Shown here piece after piece: positions 56,436 to 64,000 of a DNA stretch of 64,000 nucleotides. The notes under the pieces are model-generated. The model was given only the letters and a program-made list of their open reading frames with translations, was not told the origin of the DNA and did not search any database. Position numbers and translations under genes: made by a program. Within the stretch, counting starts at the first letter, position 1, and each line of letters opens with the position of its first letter. The stretch lies in IMG/VR virus record IMGVR_UViG_3300028384_000675, positions 28,947 through 92,946 of that record. One strand, written 5' to 3'. The DNA is from a virus.

Positions 56436-57898
56436 TTTGTATTCACCTTGAATCTCTTGCTACGATTATCAGTTGGATTGTTTCCCAGTACATTAGATCC
56501 GAAACGGAGTGTCCCCTTCTTACCTTCTGACCTGCCAATCTTTGGATGCAGGTTCTTCTTAAAGTTTTTGTTCAACTTACCTTCAGCAACGAGATAACTT
56601 GTAAACTCATTGTTGTTCAGATTCGCTGGGTCGCGCAACTTTGATCGAATCTCATGTATGGATGGGTCATGATTGAACAATCCTTTGTACTCATCGCTGC
56701 GACTTAACTTCTTCTCAAGCTTAGGATCAACTGTAACGTTTCGTATGCCATACGTTGATGACGAAAGTTGAAGTTCTACAACTGCCGGATTAGGAATCGG
56801 AGCAGTTGCCGGAATCGGAGTATATGGCATGATTCCTGGTTTCGGCGCGACAGGTGTTGGCGGTATTCCTGGTTTACTGTCTTTCGCTGTAACTGCAGTC
56901 TGCGCACGAATCGCGCCTTGAGCGAATCCTGCTGTCGATGCAAACATAGCATAGTCAGCGTGTAATGATTCAGTTGCCTTACCGACGAGCGTCCCATAAA
57001 ACGTTGACATATTTGTAATCGCAGCAGGAAACCCACCATACGTCTTACCATAGTAATCTACGAGAGGACCACCGATTGTACCTTTATGACCGAACATACT
57101 GATATGCCTTGCTGCTAAACTTGCAGTAGAAGATGCAACGACCCACTCGCCGACGGCAGTCGTAGTCAGATCTTGACCGGCAAGCAACTCAACGCTGCCC
57201 TGAGTCAATGAAGTATTATTACCAGAAACAACTTGATAATGATCGCCCAACAACGTCTCAGTATTATTACCGATAACTTTCGTACCACGTGTTCCGCGAA
57301 TCGTATAGTTCTGATCGAGGTTGACAGTCTTAGTGTGCCTGCCTTTTATGTCTTCCTTCTTGTCGCCAGCGACGTTGAGGTTATAGTTACCGCCAACGTT
57401 CATGTTGAGATCGCCAGAGACATCCAGCGTTAGGTTTCCTTTGTAGATTAGTTTACCTTCACCCTCAACGATCGTTGTGTGATCACCGCCAGTGACCTCT
57501 ACACGCTGATTGCGAGATGAGATTACAACTGTACCATCAGCACGCAACTCAACTCCTGCGCCTGTACGGTGCTTGATCAGTACACGTTCCCCGCCAGGAG
57601 TGTCGTCCATCTCGAACGAATGCCCCGACTGCGTTTCTTGTATTTGATTGTGTGGAAACAAAGAAGGTTTTTGATCTGGTATGTTGAGTGACACATCATA
57701 GTCGCCACCACCCATACTCAGATTATTGACTTTCTCGCCTTTCGCTGCCTTGTTGACACTGGTACTATAATAATGCTCTCGCGTAGGAAACGCGCCACTC
57801 GGGTCAACAAAACCGTCGACGGTCACGCCTTCAGTTTCTTCTGTGCCGATTTTTAATTTTTCGACACGAGCATTGTAGTTGTCGGTTTTATTCGTCAT
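56432..57898 (-). CDS. gp5: Baseplate central spike, gp5 C-terminal (beta-helix) part
   Basis: DPSGAFP...FPHNQIQETQSGHSFEMDDTPGGERVLIKHRTG...V.G octapeptide repeats (LDVSGDLNMNVGGNYNLNVAGDK). Confidence 0.85.
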   Translation of the reverse strand: MTNKTDNYNARVEKLKIGTEETEGVTVDGFVDPSGAFPTREHYYSTSVNKAAKGEKVNNLSMGGGDYDVSLNIPDQKPSLFPHNQIQETQSGHSFEMDDTPGGERVLIKHRTGAGVELRADGTVVISSRNQRVEVTGGDHTTIVEGEGKLIYKGNLTLDVSGDLNMNVGGNYNLNVAGDKKEDIKGRHTKTVNLDQNYTIRGTRGTKVIGNNTETLLGDHYQVVSGNNTSLTQGSVELLAGQDLTTTAVGEWVVASSTASLAARHISMFGHKGTIGGPLVDYYGKTYGGFPAAITNMSTFYGTLVGKATESLHADYAMFASTAGFAQGAIRAQTAVTAKDSKPGIPPTPVAPKPGIMPYTPIPATAPIPNPAVVELQLSSSTYGIRNVTVDPKLEKKLSRSDEYKGLFNHDPSIHEIRSKLRDPANLNNNEFTSYLVAEGKLNKNFKKNLHPKIGRSEGKKGTLRFGSNVLGNNPTDNRSKRFKVNTK

Positions 57899-59765
57899 TG
57901 TTTATCTCATCAATAGTAAACGGTGATTGCTTCAGTGGATTCGTAAACTTGGATGCCTTACCAAAGTTTGCAAAAACGTATTCGCGAACATCGAACCCAG
58001 GATCGCCTTCGAGCGGATCAATGTCATTATGCCCTACGATCTGACCACCAGGAAAACGCGAGTAGAATCCGCGGCAGAAATGATCGAACGTATTAAATTG
58101 ACTGCGCGTCAACGACTGAACCGAAACAAAGTTTTCTAAGTTAGGTGTACCGCTCGGCACATTGATTCCTCCAACGAAAGCGATACCGATACTGCGCTCG
58201 TTATGATCGTTCGTTGGAGCGTGTTGACCTTCGATATTAATTGGTCTTCCGCGCTGTAACGAACCGTCGCGACGAATCACATAGTGATACCCAATGCCCT
58301 TTAGATTCGACGCTAGGTGTATCGCGTTGAGTTCTTCAGAACCAATGTTTTTGTTGGTTGGCGTTTCAGTCCAGTGTACAACGACCTCGGTCACCTCACG
58401 ACTAATCTTTTTGAATTCTGCTTGTAGCTCTTCGGTCGATGAGATGTACGGGAACTTCGGGTCGCCTTCGCCTTGCTTCCATTCTTTTTCAAAGGAACCG
58501 ATGACATATGGTTCTTCGAATACAAACTCCGAGGGAATCGGTTTTGTTGCAGAAGATATCGTAGAGTCTATCGTCTTAATAAAGGTGCGAATTACTGAGT
58601 ATGATTTACCCGTCTTGTTAAACAATATCTTAACAGCATCTGCCTGAGCAGCAGCATCATCCTGAGAAAGATTGATAACACGTTCAACTTCAGCATCGGT
58701 CAGTTTAGGTGCGAAGTCTTTAACACGCTTGTTGATATCTGTTAGTTGTTCTTTGCTTAATGATTGTACGATACCGACTTCGCCGCTCTTAGCGATACGT
58801 GTTTGAATGATAGAATTTGTTTCGTCTATCGACTTAGATAACTTCGCGCGAGTGAGGGAAGCATTGTTAACAGCATCCTTAACTTCTTTCGCATCCTTGC
58901 CACCTGATAGGTTTTCGAGGTCAGATTTGTCTCGTTTGTTTAAACTGACCTCTAATTCTTTTGTCACGAGTTGACTCAGATCGGTTGATGACTGTGTTGC
59001 ATTTGACAATGCTTCATTGAATTCTGATGCGCTTGTTGGTCCACTACTCGTTGCCGAATCATAATCGATCACGAGGTTTCCTGATCCATCTGAGTCAACT
59101 CCCGAAACGAAACTAATAGTTCTGTTCAAATCAATTGGTGTTCCGACGAGCGTGCTGAGTTCATCGGTCACACTATTAATCGCTGAGGTTGCCAACTGAT
59201 TGATTGTTTCTGAAGCGAATGCTCCGATCTTTCCGCCGATGTCCAGATCTTTTCCTGCAGCGAGGAGACCCTCTGGCGAACCATCGACAACTGCCTTCTG
59301 TAATGCCCCAGCATCAATCCCCACGAGACCTGTAATTAATTGAAGCACTGCGCCGATAGTACCGTCGACGCCTCCTTGTTCTTCGAGAGACGCTGAGATA
59401 GGAAAGACCAGACCGTTTGAGTCAGGCTCAGAAAATTCTACAGAAACGTTTGCACCGAACTTAGAAGAGATTGCCGCTGCTGCGCCATTGACCAGATCAG
59501 TTTTTAGATTGTCCCAAGTTTGTGCACCAGCATCTAGTAGACCTTCTTTGGTTGAAAGTTTGTCGACCTGATCTTGAAACTTGTCTACTTCCTGAGTAAG
59601 AGATTGAATACCACCATCAATCTGCCCTGCGATATTACCTGCTGTCGTCTCGAGCGAGTTCTGTAATTCGTTGACAGTTCGTTCGGCGAGGTTTTCTGTT
59701 TTCGTTTTGTCGAGTGATGCTTCTGCTGTTGAAACTGCTGACTTGAGATTTTCATTTTTACTCAT
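57888..59765 (-). CDS. Tail-associated N-acetylmuramoyl-L-alanine amidase (Amidase_2/T7-lysozyme-like C-terminal domain)
   Basis: VVVHWT...IGYHYVIRRDGSLQRGRP...GQHA...NERSIGIAFVGG...IVGHNDI...DPGFDV. Confidence 0.85.
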   Translation of the reverse strand: MSKNENLKSAVSTAEASLDKTKTENLAERTVNELQNSLETTAGNIAGQIDGGIQSLTQEVDKFQDQVDKLSTKEGLLDAGAQTWDNLKTDLVNGAAAAISSKFGANVSVEFSEPDSNGLVFPISASLEEQGGVDGTIGAVLQLITGLVGIDAGALQKAVVDGSPEGLLAAGKDLDIGGKIGAFASETINQLATSAINSVTDELSTLVGTPIDLNRTISFVSGVDSDGSGNLVIDYDSATSSGPTSASEFNEALSNATQSSTDLSQLVTKELEVSLNKRDKSDLENLSGGKDAKEVKDAVNNASLTRAKLSKSIDETNSIIQTRIAKSGEVGIVQSLSKEQLTDINKRVKDFAPKLTDAEVERVINLSQDDAAAQADAVKILFNKTGKSYSVIRTFIKTIDSTISSATKPIPSEFVFEEPYVIGSFEKEWKQGEGDPKFPYISSTEELQAEFKKISREVTEVVVHWTETPTNKNIGSEELNAIHLASNLKGIGYHYVIRRDGSLQRGRPINIEGQHAPTNDHNERSIGIAFVGGINVPSGTPNLENFVSVQSLTRSQFNTFDHFCRGFYSRFPGGQIVGHNDIDPLEGDPGFDVREYVFANFGKASKFTNPLKQSPFTIDEINNDE

Positions 59766-60583
59766 CAGACTAGAACCTCATTATATGCAAACTCTGCTAA
59801 ATTTTCAGTGTCAACTGTAGTGAACAGATAGTCGCGGTTGATTACTTTACTCGCTTCTTTCAAATCAGTCGTCGCCAATAACTTACTGTTAACCTGATTA
59901 AACCGATTGTTCAGTTCATAAAGAACGAACTGTAACTGTGTCGAATACGATCTCCAGTCCTTGCTTGGTTGCTGATTCGCAGCAAATCGTAGCAACCCGT
60001 TGTATCGACTTCCGGCAGTATTTACTCTTTCCCAATTAGCAATACCGACATAAGAACTCGCCGGACCTTTTTCGAAATATGTGATCAAAGAAGAAGCACC
60101 GATTAATGCTCCGGTGATTGCTGCCGCATGTATCGGAGAGTAATTGTTATCTATAAAGAACTTCATAGACTGTAAACGTCGAAGGTCAACTTTGGCGGCA
60201 GGAACGTTGTCGTCTTTGAACACCATTTCTGATTGAGCAGTTTGTACGCTTGTCGGTTGCTCTACGCGCGGGAGACTACCGAGAATCAATGGGATCTGCG
60301 ACGACTTACCGTCGATGAACACGCCGAAGACGAATGCTCCTGCGACGAGTTGTGGAATACGACCAATACCCGATACACCACCTTCAGTTGTTGGAATTAA
60401 AACCTGCGCCCAAGGTAGGTCGCGTTCAGGTATCTCACCTGTAGAGGGATTATGCACGCCGTTAATACGAATCTTGACTCGACCCTCTAAACCTGCTGGC
60501 GGTACAGCGTTGATTACCGTAGCAAAAAACCAACGGTAATCGTCGCCATAGAATTCTTGTTGTATTGGTCTTAAAATATTCAT
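59765..60583 (-). CDS. gp5: gp5 N-terminal OB-fold fused to a Phage_lysozyme2-like domain
   Basis: FYGDDYRWFFATV...GRVKIRINGVH...DLPWAQVLIP...GAFVFGVFIDGKSSQIPLILGSLP, then AAAITGAL...GIANW...QLQFVLYEL. Confidence 0.82.
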   Translation of the reverse strand: MNILRPIQQEFYGDDYRWFFATVINAVPPAGLEGRVKIRINGVHNPSTGEIPERDLPWAQVLIPTTEGGVSGIGRIPQLVAGAFVFGVFIDGKSSQIPLILGSLPRVEQPTSVQTAQSEMVFKDDNVPAAKVDLRRLQSMKFFIDNNYSPIHAAAITGALIGASSLITYFEKGPASSYVGIANWERVNTAGSRYNGLLRFAANQQPSKDWRSYSTQLQFVLYELNNRFNQVNSKLLATTDLKEASKVINRDYLFTTVDTENLAEFAYNEVLV

Positions 60584-61932
60584 ATCGCAAAGTTCTTCGG
60601 CAAGTCGCCCAGTTTAGTAAGACGCATCGATGCATCATGGTTTTGATCTACGAGTTTGTGCCCGATCGCTATTATTAAATAGTCGCCGGACTTTCTCTTA
60701 TCTATCCTTTTCTCTAGAGGTGTTCCAGTATTTTGATCTGAATTCAAGAACAACACACGGACCCGACGACCAACGTTGACCTTGCCCTTGAATAATGAGA
60801 CGCCATCGATCCCAATATCAATTGTATTCTTTCCTAGGATGTGGCGAATGATTTTGTTCTTCGCCTTTAGTTTTGATTCATATATGTTGTTGTTCTCATC
60901 GAGTAGAGTCGCTTCTTCGTGATAACTCAGGAACTGATTGTAGGTCTTGGACGAAGAGACTTGATGTACGTGATATGAGTTGTATTGATCTGATAACGCT
61001 CCATCAATTAACAGTGACGGATCGAAGATAGACTGCGTTGTACTGTTATCGATGGTGCCATTCGTGTACATCTCAGTCAGAATATCGCGAACCGACAAGT
61101 GAGATCCCGAGGATATGCCTGTACCTGCGTCTAAATTCTCATAGAATGAACCCACCGCGCCGGACTCGAACAACTCTAATGTGTTTTCATCATTCTGCGA
61201 CTTGAACGATTTGATAACATAATAAGGAGCGAGCGTTTGATCTTCGGCGGACTTGATTGCCTGACTGTACCGATACGGTAGTTTTAGATTCACGGGATCT
61301 TGTAGCAACAGCGAGTCTAGGTCAGATAAAAACAGCAAATCGCTGTACAAATCTGATGTTAGGAAAATAGGTGCACCAGTTTTAGTGGTTGCTCTGCTCA
61401 GCAACCAGTACACCGCTTGAAGTGGGTTCATGTACGGAACAATTACTTTCCTCACACCCTGCGCTGAACCCGAGAAGTACGGATAAGCGATATCCTTTTT
61501 CAGTTCATTTAAACTGAGATCGGCGACCATATTCTCGATGGTTTCAGTAAACGAGCGACTGATCTGTTTAACTGAGTTGACATACACATGCTCTTCGACC
61601 AACTCGAGCGAAAGAACTTCAGAGTTATCGTTGGTACGATAAGAGTCCATGATCCTAGCGATGAAAAACGTCTTATCGATTACTTGTTCAGTTGGTTTAT
61701 CTGGATCGCCGATTCGTATGTTGATACGCTCAACACCCTGCATCGACAGATAGTTCTTCAGACCAGCATCATCAAGGAATACCAGTTTGGCGTCGATGTA
61801 TGACTTGTATAGATTCTCGAAGAACTGTAATTCCAGTATACTGTTTTTGATGTCGACAGAAAATGCCTCTCCTGTTGTAGAAGACGAAACAAGGTTCGCT
61901 TGCAAAATAGAATACGGTGATCTGATGTTCAT
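60580..61932 (-). CDS. Baseplate hub protein (gp27-like)
   Basis: ILELQFFENLYKSYIDAKLVFLD...QGVERINI...IVPYMNPLQA...DKRKSGDYLIIAIGH; located between gp53 and gp5. Confidence 0.7.
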   Translation of the reverse strand: MNIRSPYSILQANLVSSSTTGEAFSVDIKNSILELQFFENLYKSYIDAKLVFLDDAGLKNYLSMQGVERINIRIGDPDKPTEQVIDKTFFIARIMDSYRTNDNSEVLSLELVEEHVYVNSVKQISRSFTETIENMVADLSLNELKKDIAYPYFSGSAQGVRKVIVPYMNPLQAVYWLLSRATTKTGAPIFLTSDLYSDLLFLSDLDSLLLQDPVNLKLPYRYSQAIKSAEDQTLAPYYVIKSFKSQNDENTLELFESGAVGSFYENLDAGTGISSGSHLSVRDILTEMYTNGTIDNSTTQSIFDPSLLIDGALSDQYNSYHVHQVSSSKTYNQFLSYHEEATLLDENNNIYESKLKAKNKIIRHILGKNTIDIGIDGVSLFKGKVNVGRRVRVLFLNSDQNTGTPLEKRIDKRKSGDYLIIAIGHKLVDQNHDASMRLTKLGDLPKNFAI

Positions 61933-62693
61933 TAATTATTTTCCAACGCTCGCTTAAACTCAGCGACGACTGCTTCAATATCGTTCTTCTTTATCAAACG
62001 AATACGCTTTGACGCATCATTCTCATCGACTAAATATTCAAGGTTCGTCTTAGGAATCGCCCCGACGATATCAGAAGGTGCATCCAGATAAATGTTAACC
62101 CATTGATCAGAATCGTTGACATAATGATGCGTGCCCTCATACTCGTAGACTGTATTCCTCAATGGGGCATTTACCGTCAATGGTCTCTCCGGATCTTGAA
62201 TCGAATACGCCAAAGAAGTTGATCCAGTGATGTCATCGTTCGAAGCGATAACGATCTCTCCAACATCAAGGTTCTTTCGTATCACAACTCCTGGTCTACC
62301 ATCAACCATAACCTCTTGACCTTTCGGATATAGGTCTGCATATTGTGCAACGCCACCAGCACTATCAACGTCAAGTTTCACTGAGTAGTTAGGGTAGAAG
62401 TCAGTTTGAATTTTATCAATCAGGTCTTGCTGCGCCAATGGCCACCCCGTCTCGCGGAGTCGTTCATTCATCAGGAACAGTGTCCACTCGTAATCGGTTG
62501 TGCCGTAGAGGCGATATGAGAGAGTCTCAGGTCTATCGAAGTCTCGGATTTCGTAATCAACATATGCTGAAATACGGTTTTTGATTTGATCAATGACATC
62601 AGAATACTTGGACAGTTTTTGATATTCTACAGGTTGATCCTCATTACCGAAACGGTATGCGACCTTGGGAAACTTGTTAAAATAGTTTGACAT
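61932..62693 (-). CDS. gp53: Baseplate wedge subunit (gp53)
   Basis: MSNYFNKFPKVAY...YEIRDFDRPETLSYRLYGTTDYEWTLFLMN...WPL...HHY...TNLEYLVDENDASKRIRLIK. Confidence 0.92.
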   Translation of the reverse strand: MSNYFNKFPKVAYRFGNEDQPVEYQKLSKYSDVIDQIKNRISAYVDYEIRDFDRPETLSYRLYGTTDYEWTLFLMNERLRETGWPLAQQDLIDKIQTDFYPNYSVKLDVDSAGGVAQYADLYPKGQEVMVDGRPGVVIRKNLDVGEIVIASNDDITGSTSLAYSIQDPERPLTVNAPLRNTVYEYEGTHHYVNDSDQWVNIYLDAPSDIVGAIPKTNLEYLVDENDASKRIRLIKKNDIEAVVAEFKRALENN

Positions 62694-63970
62694 TAGAATC
62701 CTCTCTCAACTTTACCCTTGTCCATTGTCATAACCTCGATGAACTCGAGTTGTAGATCAACTTCAATAAAGTAGTTATTTTCTGCACCTTTATACATGCC
62801 CGTGGCAGTTTGATTGAACGTTGTCGTTACAGAGTTTAGATAACATCGCTGAATATCGAACGCAGGATTTTCTTCCCGTGTATCTTTAATTTGTATATCA
62901 AACACATTAGGAAACTTGTAACCAAATGGTATATCTGGCGACGCGTCACTAACTTCTGGATAAACTTCTGCCCTGAGGAATTTAACAATATTTTTAACTT
63001 CTCTTGCTTCTTGTTCGCTTTTGGCAACCATTCGAAATGCCATCGGGAATGATCTAATCTGAACGCCTTCGAACAAAGTTCTGAGGTTAGGGTTCAATGT
63101 GACGCGAGATGCCTCCTTGGCAAAATTTGCCAGCGGTTCTGCACCTATTGCACCAGCGAGAGCACCAAGACCTGCCATCCCTGCTGGTTTAGCAAGAGCA
63201 GCAGCAGCACCAGCGCCGACCACTCTGGAAAGAACTTGAGATAATAACCCCCCGCTTGTCTGATTCAACTCTCCGTTCTCTCCAGAGATCAATGATCCTG
63301 CCGCGCCGATTATACCTTGACCAAAATTAGTAGCACCCTGATTATATGTAGAAGCATCATTGTATGTTAATCCTCTCTGCAACGGTAGAGTCACGGTTCC
63401 TACCAACTTTCCCTTTGTGTAATTCTCGTAAGAAGTAAGCGTTGCGGTATTGTTCGCTATGTTAGATATGCTTGTACCAAAATCGCTAATTTTACCACCA
63501 GCAGTGATCAGTCCAAGTGTCACGCCACCGGCAACTCCTACACCTGTTGCAATTTTTGATCCGGTCAAAGAAGCGAGCGCACTGGTAGCAACAGCAGTAG
63601 ATGCTGTTCCTAGTACGTTTTCTAATCTTTCTGCAGGATCTTCTTCTTGAAATATAGAATCAACACCAGATTTAACATATCCACGAACTTTATCAACTTC
63701 TTCTTCAATCGCCACGAATGATTTCTCTGCCGTAAAATCGAGTTCGTATGCATTAAAAATAATTCTGACAGGATAATCGGTGTCTATCGACAGGGGATAT
63801 CTGTACGAGGGAGGCGCAACCTCTTTATCTACGCTTTCTTCAGTCACTCCGAGTTCTTCTAACTTGGGTTTGTATTCCGCGACAATTGCAGTATAGTCGG
63901 TCACCCCTGCTGCTTTAGTTAAATCAGCATCCCCTCGTTTCGACAGATTCAGTTTGGTTTCGTCAGTCAT
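62693..63970 (-). CDS. gp48: Baseplate tail tube cap (gp48-like)
   Basis: YRYPL...TLPL...NPNLRTLFEGVQIRSFPMAFRMVAKSEQEAREVKNIVKFLR...FPNVFDI...CYLNSVTTTFN...LQLEFIE. Confidence 0.85.
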   Translation of the reverse strand: MTDETKLNLSKRGDADLTKAAGVTDYTAIVAEYKPKLEELGVTEESVDKEVAPPSYRYPLSIDTDYPVRIIFNAYELDFTAEKSFVAIEEEVDKVRGYVKSGVDSIFQEEDPAERLENVLGTASTAVATSALASLTGSKIATGVGVAGGVTLGLITAGGKISDFGTSISNIANNTATLTSYENYTKGKLVGTVTLPLQRGLTYNDASTYNQGATNFGQGIIGAAGSLISGENGELNQTSGGLLSQVLSRVVGAGAAAALAKPAGMAGLGALAGAIGAEPLANFAKEASRVTLNPNLRTLFEGVQIRSFPMAFRMVAKSEQEAREVKNIVKFLRAEVYPEVSDASPDIPFGYKFPNVFDIQIKDTREENPAFDIQRCYLNSVTTTFNQTATGMYKGAENNYFIEVDLQLEFIEVMTMDKGKVERGF

Positions 63971-64000
63971 ATCTTTTCCAATAAATACTAGTGGATTATT

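Noticed and set aside
435-63650. The many short plus-strand ORFs and nested alternative-frame ORFs in the track (e.g. 17824..18324, 53260..53835, 2751..3293)
   Set aside because: They are shadows of long minus-strand genes with biased codon use; they have no RBS or promoter support and no recognisable motifs.
63979-64000. Plus-strand ATAAATA as a divergent late promoter, and a truncated minus-strand promoter at the window edge
   Set aside because: The match is imperfect or truncated and the downstream gene lies outside the window, so it cannot be supported.
1-64000. tRNA/rRNA genes, integrase, auxiliary metabolic genes and host assignment
   Set aside because: None were recognised. Intergenic gaps are short, and nothing in this structural region identifies the host.

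Overview
This window is a 64-kb slice of the virion-morphogenesis region of a large T4-like myophage, probably an aquatic or marine cyanomyovirus/pelagimyovirus-style phage; the host cannot be determined from the sequence. Every real gene is on the minus strand. In transcription order (right to left): gp48, gp53, gp27-like hub, a gp5 split into three genes (OB-fold plus lysozyme-like, amidase, beta-helix), hypothetical, gp25, an inserted fibre, gp6, gp8, VrlC/DUF4815, two small proteins, a YadA-repeat fibre, a 208-aa protein, a subtilisin, gp13, gp14, gp15, a ~33-kb adsorption island, gp16 (terS), a fractured gp17 (terL) and the start of gp18. The island holds a ~4,130-codon Ig/FG-GAP-propeller gene, a 3,595-aa S74-chaperoned fibre with a gp38-like tip, a 1,067-aa J-like fibre and a relocated gp7-like gene. 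T4 late promoters (TATAAATA) and cUUCGg terminators punctuate the region. Most notable observations: (1) terL is split by an atypically split intein around a free-standing GIY-YIG endonuclease, and the IntC-TerL(C) half has no ATG/GTG/TTG start; (2) the giant gene is built from conserved split Ig-like sockets, each holding a different beta-propeller, with a TAG-TAA pair at hypervariable blade positions that cuts off a cupredoxin-like tip; (3) Asp-Ser motifs are strongly enriched across virion proteins; (4) four appendage genes share an N-terminal docking-like module. All family calls come from motif recognition by eye; no searches were run.
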